From: Thermodesulfobacteriota bacterium
GTDB lineage: Bacteria; Desulfobacterota_D; UBA1144; Nemesobacterales; JAJCZQ01
Assembly (NCBI GenBank): GCA_965215275.1
Contig: OZ244044.1
Location: 560,855-624,854, forward strand
Direction: 5' to 3'
Length of the DNA: 64,000 nt
The notes beneath the pieces were generated by a model that saw only the letters and a list, made by a program, of their open reading frames with translations, did no database searches and was not told the DNA's origin. Positions 39,559 through 50,034 of the stretch are shown here, in pieces (positions within the stretch are counted from its first letter, which is position 1; each line of letters opens with the position of its first letter). Made by a program: the position numbers and the translations under genes.

Positions 39559-39633
39559 AGATAAACTAACCTAAACTTACCCGTAACTTGACATACTTTA
39601 TCTATCAAATACACTCTAAAAAGTATTTTCAGG

Positions 39634-39710
<77 letters not shown>

Positions 39711-39728
39711 TTACCAGTTTCGTAAATT

Positions 39729-40793
39729 TCATTTCTGAACTGCAAAAGTCTCTATCTCTTTAACGAGTTCATCCACGATCTGGCTTTCCTTAAAAGAGCG
39801 GACAAGTTTTCCATCCTTGTAAAGCATGCCTTTTCCCCTGCCCCCGGCTATTCCTATATCAGCCTCCGAAGCCTCACCCGGACCATTTACCACGCAACCG
39901 AGTATCGCCACTTTTACCGGTTTGGGCAGTTCAATACCGTGAACTCTCTTTTCAACGTCGTTGACGAGTTTCACAAGATCGATCTCCAGCCTTCCACAGC
40001 CGGGACATGATATAAGTTCAATACCGTTGTTTCTTATCCCCAGGGATTTAAGGATGTTTATACCCGCTATGACCTCATTGACCGGATCACCCGTTAGTGA
40101 CACTCTGATAGTATCCCCTATGCCATCCACCAAAAGAGTTCCTATACCAATTGAGGATTTTACCACCCCCATTTTGGGGGTTCCTGCCTCGGTTACGCCA
40201 AGATGGAGCGGATATTCTGTCTTTTCCGCAAGAAGTCTGTACGCTTTTACCATCTTTCTTACGTCGGTGGATTTAACCGAGATCTTAATGTCATAAAAGT
40301 CAAAATCCTCCAGAATACTTACGTGTCTGAGAGCACTTTCAACTAAGGCCTCGGCCGTGGGACTTCCATGCTTTTTCAGTATGTCTTTTTCAAGCGAACC
40401 GGAATTAACGCCGATCCTGATCGGGATGCCTCTCTCCTTCACGGCATCCACAACGGTTTTTATCCTGTATCTTGCACCTATGTTACCGGGATTGATCCTC
40501 ATACCGTCAACGCCCTGGTTAACTGCTTCAAGAGCAAGTTTGTAGTCAAAGTGAATATCTGATATCAGCGGGATATTTATCTGCTTTTTTATTTCTCCTA
40601 TTGCTTTGGCCGCGTAAATATCCGGAACTGCCACGCGTACTATATCGCAGCCAGCGTCCTCCAGCTCGCGTATCTCGGCAACCGTAGCATCTACGTCCCT
40701 CGTATCCGTTATCGTCATTGACTGAACGGACACGGGAGCACCGCCTCCTATTTTTATGTTTCCAACCGAGATCTGCCTGGACTCTCTGATCAT
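39729..40793 (-). CDS. ispG: 4-hydroxy-3-methylbut-2-en-1-yl diphosphate synthase (flavodoxin)
   Basis: ISVGNIKIGGGAPVSVQSMT... and the C-terminal Cys motifs ISCPGCGR... Confidence 0.9.
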   Translation of the reverse strand: MIRESRQISVGNIKIGGGAPVSVQSMTITDTRDVDATVAEIRELEDAGCDIVRVAVPDIYAAKAIGEIKKQINIPLISDIHFDYKLALEAVNQGVDGMRINPGNIGARYRIKTVVDAVKERGIPIRIGVNSGSLEKDILKKHGSPTAEALVESALRHVSILEDFDFYDIKISVKSTDVRKMVKAYRLLAEKTEYPLHLGVTEAGTPKMGVVKSSIGIGTLLVDGIGDTIRVSLTGDPVNEVIAGINILKSLGIRNNGIELISCPGCGRLEIDLVKLVNDVEKRVHGIELPKPVKVAILGCVVNGPGEASEADIGIAGGRGKGMLYKDGKLVRSFKESQIVDELVKEIETFAVQK

Positions 40794-40986
40794 ATCAGGG
40801 GACTATCCTATACAAAACCGTCTCTGGTTTCAACTATATTAACCACTTTCTGGCAATACACGAACTATCTTTACACTGAAAAGGACCAATGAACGTAATA
40901 CTTTGAAAAAAGTTTTAAAGCTGTATATTTTAGTTTATTTTAAATCGTTCATACGTTAAGGCAATCAACGGAGGTTTCAGCTAAAC

Positions 40987-42537
40987 ATGGAAATTGACGG
41001 GTCAAAATTGTTAGAAGATCATAAGATTAAAAACACAGGAAAGGTATATTACAACCTTTCCATTCCTGAACTTTACGAAGAGGCAATAAGACGAGGCGAG
41101 GCACAAATTGGACAAGAAGGTACATTGATCGGGGATACAAGACCGCACACGGGAAGATCGCCCAAGGACAGATTTATAGTTAAAGAACCTTCGACAGAAG
41201 ATAAAATCGACTGGGGTCAGGTAAATCAACCGATCTCACCCGAGGCATTCGATTCTCTTTACAACAAGGTCGTAAATTACTTTGAAAGTAAGGACGTTTT
41301 TGTAAGGGACCTCTGTGTTTGTGCTCATGAGAACTATAAAACGAACGTCAGGGTGATAAACGAGTTTGCATGGCATAACGTTTTTGTAAATAATCTTTTT
41401 ATAAGACCTAACGCAGATGATCTGCCCCATAAAAATGTTGACTTTACAGTTATTTCCGCTCCCGGATTCAAAGCTGACCCTGAAACGGATTCCACAAGAA
41501 CAGAAACCTTTATAATCCTGAACCTGCAAAAAAGAATAGCCCTGATAGGTGGGACCAAATACGCAGGTGAGATGAAAAAATCCGTGTTCGCCGCTATGAA
41601 TTTCCTGTTACCTGAAAAGAACGTGTTTCCCATGCACTGCTCCGCCAACGTCGGCAAAAAAGGTGATGTTGCCTTGTTCTTCGGACTGTCAGGAACTGGA
41701 AAGACAACATTATCAGCGGACCCGGAGAGAAAGCTTATAGGCGACGACGAACACGGGTGGTATGATCAGGGGGTATTTAACTTTGAAGGTGGATGCTATG
41801 CCAAGGCAATCAAGTTAAGTCCGAAGACGGAACCTGAAATTTATAACGCAACTCTGCGTTTCGGGTCGGTTGTAGAAAACGTGGAACTTGATCCGAAAAC
41901 AAGAAAAATAGATTTCAACAGCGATAAATTTACCGAAAATACAAGAAGTGCATATCCGCTTACTTCATTAAATGGAACTGTTGAAAATGGATTAGGAAAT
42001 ATCCCTTCAACAATTTTTATGCTTACCTATGATGCGTTCGGTGTTCTGCCTCCCATATCTAAACTAACTCCTCAGCAGGCAATGTATTTCTTTCTACTTG
42101 GCTATACTGCAAAAGTGGCAGGAACGGAGAGAGGCGTGAGCGAACCTCAGGCAACGTTCAGTTCTTGCTTTGGAGCTCCTTTTCTTCCACGACCGCCAAA
42201 GTTTTACGGTGAGATGTTAAAAAATAAAATGGAGAAGCACAAGGTTGAGATATGGCTGCTTAACACTGGTATATGTGGAGGACCTTATGGTATCGGACAA
42301 AGAATGCCACTTCCATCAACCAGAGACCTGGTCACCGCGGCAATGAATGGAACTTTGAACAAATCCGAATTTGTGGAAATTCCCATTCTTGGACTCAAGG
42401 TTCCAGCAAAGTGCCAGAGCGTCGCTTCAAACCTTTTACAACCCAGGCTTTCGTGGAGCAATCCTGAAGAATATGACGCAAAGGCAAATGAATTAAAAAA
42501 ACTGTTTGAAGAAGAATATAACAAATATCGGAAATAA
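40987..42537 (+). CDS. pckA: Phosphoenolpyruvate carboxykinase (ATP)
   Basis: FFGLSGTGKTTLSADP...IGDDEHGW... kinase-1a motif. Confidence 0.9.
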   Translation: MEIDGSKLLEDHKIKNTGKVYYNLSIPELYEEAIRRGEAQIGQEGTLIGDTRPHTGRSPKDRFIVKEPSTEDKIDWGQVNQPISPEAFDSLYNKVVNYFESKDVFVRDLCVCAHENYKTNVRVINEFAWHNVFVNNLFIRPNADDLPHKNVDFTVISAPGFKADPETDSTRTETFIILNLQKRIALIGGTKYAGEMKKSVFAAMNFLLPEKNVFPMHCSANVGKKGDVALFFGLSGTGKTTLSADPERKLIGDDEHGWYDQGVFNFEGGCYAKAIKLSPKTEPEIYNATLRFGSVVENVELDPKTRKIDFNSDKFTENTRSAYPLTSLNGTVENGLGNIPSTIFMLTYDAFGVLPPISKLTPQQAMYFFLLGYTAKVAGTERGVSEPQATFSSCFGAPFLPRPPKFYGEMLKNKMEKHKVEIWLLNTGICGGPYGIGQRMPLPSTRDLVTAAMNGTLNKSEFVEIPILGLKVPAKCQSVASNLLQPRLSWSNPEEYDAKANELKKLFEEEYNKYRK

Positions 42538-42740
42538 TATACTTTAGTAAACAAGATATTCAGAAAATTATATATACTAGTGCCTTCTATCGCATCTCTT
42601 ATTGTCTCAATTATTTTTCCGTAGTAATGAACTTCTCACTTCATAGACCGTTTGTCCTGTTTTTCAACTCGTTCAGAATATCAAGGGCAGTTCAATACAC
42701 AGTAATACACCCGTTCAATGCTTCTGAAAGGACCGCATTG

Positions 42741-45700
42741 CTACGTCTTTATCTGATATCTTCTCTTCCTTCTGATAGCTACTGACACGGGTATAAGTAT
42801 CAGACATGCCATTACTCCAAGCAGATCAGGAACAACGTTGCTCTGATCTGAGACAGCACATCCTCCTCCACCTCCACCTGCTTCAGTATCTGGTGCTGGT
42901 CTTGGTCTTGGATTTGGTGGTGGCGGCGGAGCAGGAGGAGCCTCTACAATAAGTATGAAACTCACCTCATCCGTATCTCCATTCCTGTCCGTTACTATAT
43001 ACCTGTAAGTATCAGTCGATGCTCTCGTCGGTGTGCCACTTATTTCTCGGGTAACTTCGTTAAAACTCAATCCAGCTGGCAGATCAGGAGTTATACTGTA
43101 AGTAACTGGTGGATTCCCTCCCGTTGCCTCTGGCAGCGTTATTGGTCTCCCTGCTGTGTACTCCATTTGAGTAGAAATTGTCGTACCGTCAAGGTCTGGA
43201 GTGCTGTCTTCTTCTATTGTTATTCTGAACATCAACTCAGCTGTATCTCCATCTACATCTGTAACACTCCATGTATAAGGAGTTTCATGCATCGCAGTAG
43301 TGGGTGTACCGCTTATTTCTTGAGTAGCTGAGTTAAAACTCAATCCAGTTGGCAATGCAGGCGTTATACTGTACCTTAATCCTCCATTCCCTGATGTTGC
43401 TGCAGGCAGCGTTACCGGTGTTATTGAACTCCCTGCTATATATTCCTTATCATCTATCGTCTCACCACTAAAAGTTGGCATTGCGTCTGCTAATATTGTG
43501 ATCCCGAACATCAACTCAGCTGTATCTCCATCTACGTCAGTTACAGTATATGTATAAACTGTTCTGCTCGCTGCAGTAGTCGGTGTCCCGCTTATCTCGC
43601 GGGTAGCAGGGGTAAAAATCAATCCAGCAGGTAATCCAGGTGTTATACTGTAAGTTAATGTTCCGTTCCCTCCCGCTGCTGCAGGCAGCGTTACCGGAAG
43701 GTTTATTGTTTTCCCTGCTATGTACTCCTGATCATCTATCATATCACTGAAGGTTGGTTCTTCATTTGCAGTTACAGTGATACCGAACGTCAACTTTGCA
43801 GTATCTCCATCTATGTCTTCTACCGTATATGTATAAGTATCCTTACTCATTGCAGTAGCCGGTGTCCCACTTATCTCGCGGGTATTTTCGTTAAAATCCA
43901 ATCCAGTTGGTAACTTAGGTGTTAAACTGTAAGTTAATGTTCCATTCCCTCCTGCTGCCTCAGGCAGCGTTACTGGAATGTTTATTGTTTTCCCTGCTAT
44001 GTACTCCTGATTAGCTATCGTATCACTGAAACTTGGTTCTTCGTTTGCAGCTACTGTGATACCGAAACTCAAATCAGCCGTATCTCCATCTATGTCTTCT
44101 ACCGTATATGTATAAGTATCCTTACTCATTGCAGTAGCCGGTGTCCCACTTATCTCGCGGGTAGCAGAGGTAAAGATTAATCCAGTCGGTAATGCAGGCG
44201 TTAAACTGTAAGTTAATGGAGCATTTCCTCCCGCTGCTGCAGGCAGTGTCACCGGAAGGTTTGTCGTTTTCCCTGCTATATACTCCTGATTAGCTATCGT
44301 ATCACTGAAACTTGGTTCTTCGTTTGCAGCTACTGTGATACCGAAACTCAAATCAGCCGTATCTCCATCTTTGTCTCTTACCGTATACGTGTAAGTACCA
44401 GATGATGCACTCGCAGGTGTGCCGCTTATCACTCGGGTAGATGCGTTAAAATACAATCCAGTTGGTAACTTAGGTGTTAAACTGTAAGTTAATGGAGCAT
44501 TCCCTCCCGCTGCTGCAGGTAATGTTACAGGAAGGTTTGTTGTTTTCCCTGCTATGTACTCCTGATCGGTTATCGCATCACTGAAGGCTGGTTCTTCGTT
44601 TGCAGCCACTGTGATACCGAAACTCAATTCATCCGTATCCCCGTCTTCGTCCGTTACTGTATATGTATAAACTGTTCTGCTCGCTGCAGTAGTCGGTGTC
44701 CCGCTTATCTCGCGGTGGGGGGGGGTAGATGCGTTAAAATTCAATCCAGTTGGTAATGTTGGGGTTATACTGTATCTTAATGCTCCATTCCCTCCCGTTG
44801 CCTCAGGTAGTATTTCCGTTACTGCGATACCCGTCAGATACTCCTTATCAGCTATCATCTCACCGCCAAAAGTCGGTTCTGTGTCTGCTTCTACCGTGAT
44901 CCCAAACCTTAACTCAAACCTATCTCCGTCTTTGTCTCTTACCGTATACGTGTAAGTACCAGATGATGCACTCACAGGTGTGCCGCTTATCACTCGGGTA
45001 GATGCGCTAAAATTTAATCCAGCAGGTAATATAGGTGTTATACTGTAAGTTAATGGAGCATTCCCTCCCGCTGCTGCGGGCAGTGTTACCGGAAGGTTCG
45101 TTGCCGTCCCTGCTACGTACTCCTGATCATCTATCGTCTCACTGAAAGTTGGTCTGTCGTCTGCAGCTACTGTGATCCCGAACATCAGATCATCCGTATC
45201 TCCGTCTTTATCTGTTACCGTATACGTGTAAGTATCCTCAGGCATTGCAGTAGTGGGTGTGCCACTTAGCACTCGGGTAATTTCGTTCAAATCCAATCCA
45301 GCAGGTAAAGCAGGCGTTATAGTATATCTTAATGTTCCATTCCCTCCCGTTGCCTCAGGCAGCGTTACAGGAAGGTTTGTTGTTTTCCCTGCTATGTACT
45401 CCTGATCACCTATCATCTTACCGCCAAAGTCCGGCAGGCTGTCTGCTTCTACCGTGATCCCGAATGTCAAATCATCCGTATCTCCGTCTTTGTCTCTTAC
45501 CGTATACGTGTAAGTATCCTTAGGCATTGCAGCAGTGGGTGCGCCACTTATCTCTCGGGTAGCAGGGGTAAAGATCAATCCAGCAGGTAAAGAAGGATTT
45601 AAACTGTATATTAAATCTCCATTCCCTCCCGTTGCCTCAGGCAGCGTTACAGGAAGATTTGCTGTTTTCCCTGCTACGTACTCCTTATCAGCTATCATAT

Positions 45701-48700
45701 TACCGCCAAAGTCCGGCATGCTGTCTGCTTCTACCGTGATCCCGAACGTCAGATCATCACTATCTCCGTCTTTGTCTGTTACAGTATATGTATACATTCT
45801 CTTATTCGTTGCAGTAGTGGGTGTGCCACTTATCTCTCGGGTGGTTTCGTCAAAATCCAATCCAGCAGGTAAATCAGGTGTTATAGTGTATCTTAATGTT
45901 CCATTCCCTCCCGTTGCTTCAGGCAGCGTTACTGGAAGATTTGTTGTTTTCCCTGCTACGTACTCCTTATCAGCTATCATATTACCGCCAAATTCCGGCA
46001 TGCTGTCAGTTTCTACTGTGATCCCGAACGTCAGATCAGCTGTATCTCCTTCTTCGTCTCTTACCGTATACGTGTAAGTACCAGATGATGCACTCTCAGG
46101 TGTGCCACTTAGCACTCGGGTAGCAGGGGTAAAGATCAATCCAGCTGGTAAAGCAGGTGTTATACTATAGGTTAATGCTCCATCCCCTCCCACTGCAACA
46201 GGTAGAGTTTCCGTTATTGCTGTATCCGTAACATACTCCTTATCAGATATAGTCTCGCCGCTAAAGGTCGGCACATCAGATCCTACAGTGATCCCGAACT
46301 TTATTTGATCTGTATCTCCATCACCATCGATAACAGTATATGTATACATGGTCTTACTCGTTACAGTAGTGGGTGTTCCACTTATCTCTCGGGTGGTTTC
46401 GTCAAAATCCAATCCATCTGGTAAAAAAGAGAATATGACGGGTATATCAGAAGGAGCTAAACTGTACGTTAAGGTTCCATTCCCTCCCGTTGCAGCAGGT
46501 AGTATTTCCGTTACTGCGACACCCGTCAGATACTCCTTATCAGCTATCATATTACTGCCAAAGTCCGGCATTCTGTCAGCTTCTACCGTGATCCCGAACG
46601 TCAACTCATCCGTATCTCCTTCTTCGTCTTCTGCTGTATACGTGTAAACAGTCTTACTCATTGCAGTAGTGGGTGTTCCGCTTATCTCTCGGGTAGCAGG
46701 GGTAAAGATCAATCCAGTTGGTAAAGCAGGTGTTATACTATAGGTTAATGCTCCATCCCCTCCCACTGCAACAGGTAGAGTTTCCGTTATTGCTGTATCC
46801 GTAACATACTCCTTATCAGATATAGTCTCGCCGCTAAAGGTCGGCACATCAGATCCTACAGTGATCCCGAACTTTATTTGAGATGTATCTCCTTCATCAT
46901 CAGTAGCAGCATATGTATACATGGTCTTGCTCGTTACAGTAGTGGGTGTCCCGCTTATCTCTCGGGTGGCTTCGTCAAAATCCAATCCATCCGGCAAAGC
47001 AGGTGTTAAACTATAAATTAATGTTCCATTCCCTCCCGCTGCCTCAGGCAGTGTTTCCGTTACTGCAATACCCGTCAGATACTCCTTATCAGTTATCATA
47101 TTACTGCTAAAGCTTGGTACTGTATCGTCACTCCTATGACCATAGACTTTGATACTCCACGAGTGCAAGGTCCCGACATCTCTAGAAGCAGTATCAGAGA
47201 TATTAAGGGTCCATTCTCCAGCAGGATCTTCTCCTAGGTGTTTAGCTGAACCAAAACGATGAGTGTAATTGGTATAAGAGGTACGTGTTCCAAAAAGAAA
47301 AGCAAAGACCATAGCTCCCTGTACATGCTCCTTTGAAAGTTTCGACACGGTACCGTCAGGGGAGGTTATCTGTATCTCCAGATCTGCAAAGAAAGTGTGA
47401 GTGAACCTGAGATTGATCTCTACAAATTCCGTAAAAAGGTCAGTATCGGATATGTTCAGGCTGGAAATAATTTCTCCGTCTGCTCCACCTGTGTGATCGG
47501 GGATCGCTGTATTAATATTACCCGAGGAAGCAGTCAGGGTTTTCATCTGTGCAACCCGGTTCCAATTTTCGGCAAGTTCCACTGCCGCTTCAGCATCTAC
47601 TACGCCAAAACCGTACTTTGGATTGTAATTATAACTGTCTGTATCAGAACCGTATTTAAGTGCTCCCGTTTCCCAGCCCGGGTCGGTCGGGTCGTTCCTG
47701 CGAGCTGAAGCTGCCAGTATCAACTTCAGGTCCCTCCAGCTCAGATCACCGTTTACCTCTCTCATCAGTGCTGCTACACCTGAAACGGCCGGAGCGGAAA
47801 ATGATGTTCCTTCCTCTCTAAAACCATAGCGGTCGTTATTAGCGGTCGTTGTAATAAACGAACCTGGAGCACATATCCATAGACTTACTCCCTCTTCTGA
47901 AAAGGAACTTTTCCTGCCGAAACCGTCTACTGAACAGACAGAAGTTACGGCGTAGTAATTAGAATACTCTTCAAAATTAGCTTGGTCGTATAAAGTATGT
48001 CCATTTCCAGCCGACCAGACATAAAAAACTCCTTTACCACCAAACCCTTCCCTGATACCCGTTTCCACTGCCAGTTCCCAGGCTCTCCCGGAATTATGAA
48101 GACTGGGACGATCTGTTGCTCCCCAGCTGTTGCTGGATACCGCTGTTATAACGTGATTACGGGTCATAGCGTCTGCTATATTAGCTGAAGTACCATTACT
48201 CCCATCTAACAAGTTATAACTGTAGATACTTGCCTGAGGTGCTACCCCTCTCACGCCCAGTTCATTATCACCCACTGCCGCTATAACGCCCCCTGTTCGT
48301 GTACCATGACCTAAAGGACTGAATACATTATCGTTTCCGGAGTAATCATGATTGAGGTCGGAATTCACATTGTCAGCAAGGTCCTCATGATCGGAGTCTA
48401 TACCATCATCGACCACCGCAACGTTAATGCCACTCGCCAATATTTCATCATTCCAGACCCCCTCCACGTTTATATCCTCTCCGGCGGTTATTCTCTGCCC
48501 GTTAAATCTCCACTGCCCCGTATTGTTCAGATGCCACTGACAACCGTATAAAGGGTCGTCGGGAAAACCGGTGATAAGGTCCTCACAATCAGAGGAAGAA
48601 GTATTATCTCTGGTATCCGTTATAACCTGAAGCTGGTACTGGTCGGCACCACTGCTTCCCACGACGATATAGTACGTTCCCGGAACGAGAGGAGCTGAAA

Positions 48701-49019
48701 TATTCCGATTATCGTTGCTGTCACTTGCTATCAGGTCATCACTGCTGTCACACAACTGTAAACTGTAATCGAGATTATTACTGGTAAAGACTGTCCTTAT
48801 AATGACGTCAATATCGGACGCCGGGTCCATCTGAAAGTAATGCAGCCCGCCGGCACTTTCAAAACTCCCATCGTGTGCCGCTCCGTCCACTGTCAACGTG
48901 GCTTCGGTCACTGCACCGGAGTCACAGTTATTATCACTGGTCTGACCATAGGCAGCTATGGACGTTAAAAAGCACAGCATAAAAAAGATAAAGGGAATTA
49001 TATGCATAACTTCATACAC
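42741..49019 (-). CDS. Giant (2092 aa) secreted subtilisin-like (S8) serine protease with P-domain, ~14 tandem ~97-aa He_PIG/dystroglycan-cadherin-like repeats and a GlyGly-CTERM-like C-terminal sorting tail
   Basis: Signal peptide. S8 triad regions VAVVDDGID, GHGTRTGGVIAA and GTSFSAPAVSGVAALM. Repeats of the form LPEATGGNGTLTYSLTPALPAGLDFDETTREISGTPTT. C-terminus PPAPPPPPNPRPRPAP..GGGGGGCAVS + TM helix + RRKRRYQIKT. Confidence 0.8.
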   Translation of the reverse strand: MYEVMHIIPFIFFMLCFLTSIAAYGQTSDNNCDSGAVTEATLTVDGAAHDGSFESAGGLHYFQMDPASDIDVIIRTVFTSNNLDYSLQLCDSSDDLIASDSNDNRNISAPLVPGTYYIVVGSSGADQYQLQVITDTRDNTSSSDCEDLITGFPDDPLYGCQWHLNNTGQWRFNGQRITAGEDINVEGVWNDEILASGINVAVVDDGIDSDHEDLADNVNSDLNHDYSGNDNVFSPLGHGTRTGGVIAAVGDNELGVRGVAPQASIYSYNLLDGSNGTSANIADAMTRNHVITAVSSNSWGATDRPSLHNSGRAWELAVETGIREGFGGKGVFYVWSAGNGHTLYDQANFEEYSNYYAVTSVCSVDGFGRKSSFSEEGVSLWICAPGSFITTTANNDRYGFREEGTSFSAPAVSGVAALMREVNGDLSWRDLKLILAASARRNDPTDPGWETGALKYGSDTDSYNYNPKYGFGVVDAEAAVELAENWNRVAQMKTLTASSGNINTAIPDHTGGADGEIISSLNISDTDLFTEFVEINLRFTHTFFADLEIQITSPDGTVSKLSKEHVQGAMVFAFLFGTRTSYTNYTHRFGSAKHLGEDPAGEWTLNISDTASRDVGTLHSWSIKVYGHRSDDTVPSFSSNMITDKEYLTGIAVTETLPEAAGGNGTLIYSLTPALPDGLDFDEATREISGTPTTVTSKTMYTYAATDDEGDTSQIKFGITVGSDVPTFSGETISDKEYVTDTAITETLPVAVGGDGALTYSITPALPTGLIFTPATREISGTPTTAMSKTVYTYTAEDEEGDTDELTFGITVEADRMPDFGSNMIADKEYLTGVAVTEILPAATGGNGTLTYSLAPSDIPVIFSFLPDGLDFDETTREISGTPTTVTSKTMYTYTVIDGDGDTDQIKFGITVGSDVPTFSGETISDKEYVTDTAITETLPVAVGGDGALTYSITPALPAGLIFTPATRVLSGTPESASSGTYTYTVRDEEGDTADLTFGITVETDSMPEFGGNMIADKEYVAGKTTNLPVTLPEATGGNGTLRYTITPDLPAGLDFDETTREISGTPTTATNKRMYTYTVTDKDGDSDDLTFGITVEADSMPDFGGNMIADKEYVAGKTANLPVTLPEATGGNGDLIYSLNPSLPAGLIFTPATREISGAPTAAMPKDTYTYTVRDKDGDTDDLTFGITVEADSLPDFGGKMIGDQEYIAGKTTNLPVTLPEATGGNGTLRYTITPALPAGLDLNEITRVLSGTPTTAMPEDTYTYTVTDKDGDTDDLMFGITVAADDRPTFSETIDDQEYVAGTATNLPVTLPAAAGGNAPLTYSITPILPAGLNFSASTRVISGTPVSASSGTYTYTVRDKDGDRFELRFGITVEADTEPTFGGEMIADKEYLTGIAVTEILPEATGGNGALRYSITPTLPTGLNFNASTPPHREISGTPTTAASRTVYTYTVTDEDGDTDELSFGITVAANEEPAFSDAITDQEYIAGKTTNLPVTLPAAAGGNAPLTYSLTPKLPTGLYFNASTRVISGTPASASSGTYTYTVRDKDGDTADLSFGITVAANEEPSFSDTIANQEYIAGKTTNLPVTLPAAAGGNAPLTYSLTPALPTGLIFTSATREISGTPATAMSKDTYTYTVEDIDGDTADLSFGITVAANEEPSFSDTIANQEYIAGKTINIPVTLPEAAGGNGTLTYSLTPKLPTGLDFNENTREISGTPATAMSKDTYTYTVEDIDGDTAKLTFGITVTANEEPTFSDMIDDQEYIAGKTINLPVTLPAAAGGNGTLTYSITPGLPAGLIFTPATREISGTPTTAASRTVYTYTVTDVDGDTAELMFGITILADAMPTFSGETIDDKEYIAGSSITPVTLPAATSGNGGLRYSITPALPTGLSFNSATQEISGTPTTAMHETPYTWSVTDVDGDTAELMFRITIEEDSTPDLDGTTISTQMEYTAGRPITLPEATGGNPPVTYSITPDLPAGLSFNEVTREISGTPTRASTDTYRYIVTDRNGDTDEVSFILIVEAPPAPPPPPNPRPRPAPDTEAGGGGGGCAVSDQSNVVPDLLGVMACLILIPVSVAIRRKRRYQIKT
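44717..44725. repeat. G9 homopolymer (C9 in sense orientation) inside one protease repeat, in frame
   Basis: cgcggtgggggggggtagatg. It encodes the unique ASTPPHREISG insertion; other repeats have ASTR(E/V)ISG. Confidence 0.8.
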
Positions 49020-49233
49020 GAATAAGTCGTCAGCATCCCGCTTTGCATGAAAAGCGGTCTCAACGACGTATCAGGATATCCGTTATAACGGTACAGTCGC
49101 TGACTGCTTTGTTTTATATTCATCAGATCCGGACTTACCCGTTTTACTGATAAGGTTACCGGTTTTTCATAAAGTAAACCTCTGATCCCTGACGTAACGT
49201 CCATGAGTTGATTTCAGCTCACCTGATCTTCCA

Positions 49234-50034
49234 TTACCGGCTGTCCAGTAACTTTATTTCAAAAACCTTCGGCCAAAGTTTACCGGTTACAAATATCCTG
49301 CCCTTCTGCTTATCAAAGGCAATACCATTGAGAACCCCGACCTTACCGCCTGCCTTGACCATGTAATGAAGATTTGACAGGTCGTACCGGTCAATGACCT
49401 TTCCCGTACCGGGGTCTACAGAGATTATTTTATTAGATTTCCATATATTTGCATAAATTTTTCCGTTTATGTATTCAAGTTCGTTAAGCAGGTTCACCGC
49501 CCTGCCATTGTAAGAGACCGTAATTACCCTGGCTTGCTCCAGGGATACAGGATCGTAAAAGAAAAGTCTGTCCGTGCCATTACTTATTATAAGGCTTTCT
49601 CCATCGTTGGTTATTCCCCACCCCTCAAAAGGATAATCAAAATAGCCAACTATATTGAAGTCCTCAATATCATATATTATCCCGGTCATCGCCTTCCAGG
49701 TCAGCTGGTAGATCATGTCGTTCAACACGGTTATTCCTTCACCAAAAAGGTCACGCGGGAGATCGTGGATCTTTTCGACCCTGCCAGTTCGCAGATCGAT
49801 CTTACGCAGTGACGACCTGCCGTACAGACCAGTGCCTTCATACAGATTACCGTTGTAAAATACAAGCCCCTGTGTAAACGCATCCTCACTATGAGGATAT
49901 GATCTGATCACCGATACGCTTTTTATGGTGGATAAAGCAGATGCACTCCCTGCATATGACGCACACGGAACTGTCAGGACAAACGCCAGTACGGTAAAGA
50001 CAGCGTGATCGGCCCCTGAGCTAAACAACCTCAT
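49234..50034 (-). CDS. Glutaminyl-peptide cyclotransferase (bacterial/plant-type beta-propeller QC), secreted
   Basis: YPHSEDAFTQGLVFYNGNLYEGTGLYGRSSLRKIDLRTG...GEGITV...GWGITNDG. Start chosen at MRLFSSG... (signal peptide). The track ORF starts at 50100. Confidence 0.75.
   Translation of the reverse strand: MRLFSSGADHAVFTVLAFVLTVPCASYAGSASALSTIKSVSVIRSYPHSEDAFTQGLVFYNGNLYEGTGLYGRSSLRKIDLRTGRVEKIHDLPRDLFGEGITVLNDMIYQLTWKAMTGIIYDIEDFNIVGYFDYPFEGWGITNDGESLIISNGTDRLFFYDPVSLEQARVITVSYNGRAVNLLNELEYINGKIYANIWKSNKIISVDPGTGKVIDRYDLSNLHYMVKAGGKVGVLNGIAFDKQKGRIFVTGKLWPKVFEIKLLDSR

Noticed and set aside
42900-47100. Regular ~290-nt DNA periodicity, which could be mistaken for a CRISPR or satellite array
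   Set aside because: The periodicity is fully explained by in-frame tandem protein repeats (He_PIG-like) in one 2092-aa ORF. The repeats are ~290 nt with no short spacers and no cas genes.
45535-48551. Plus-strand ORFs 45535..46077, 46348..46647, 47397..47708, 47997..48188 and 48348..48551
   Set aside because: They are antisense to the giant protease gene. Their repetitive, low-complexity translations arise from the repeats.
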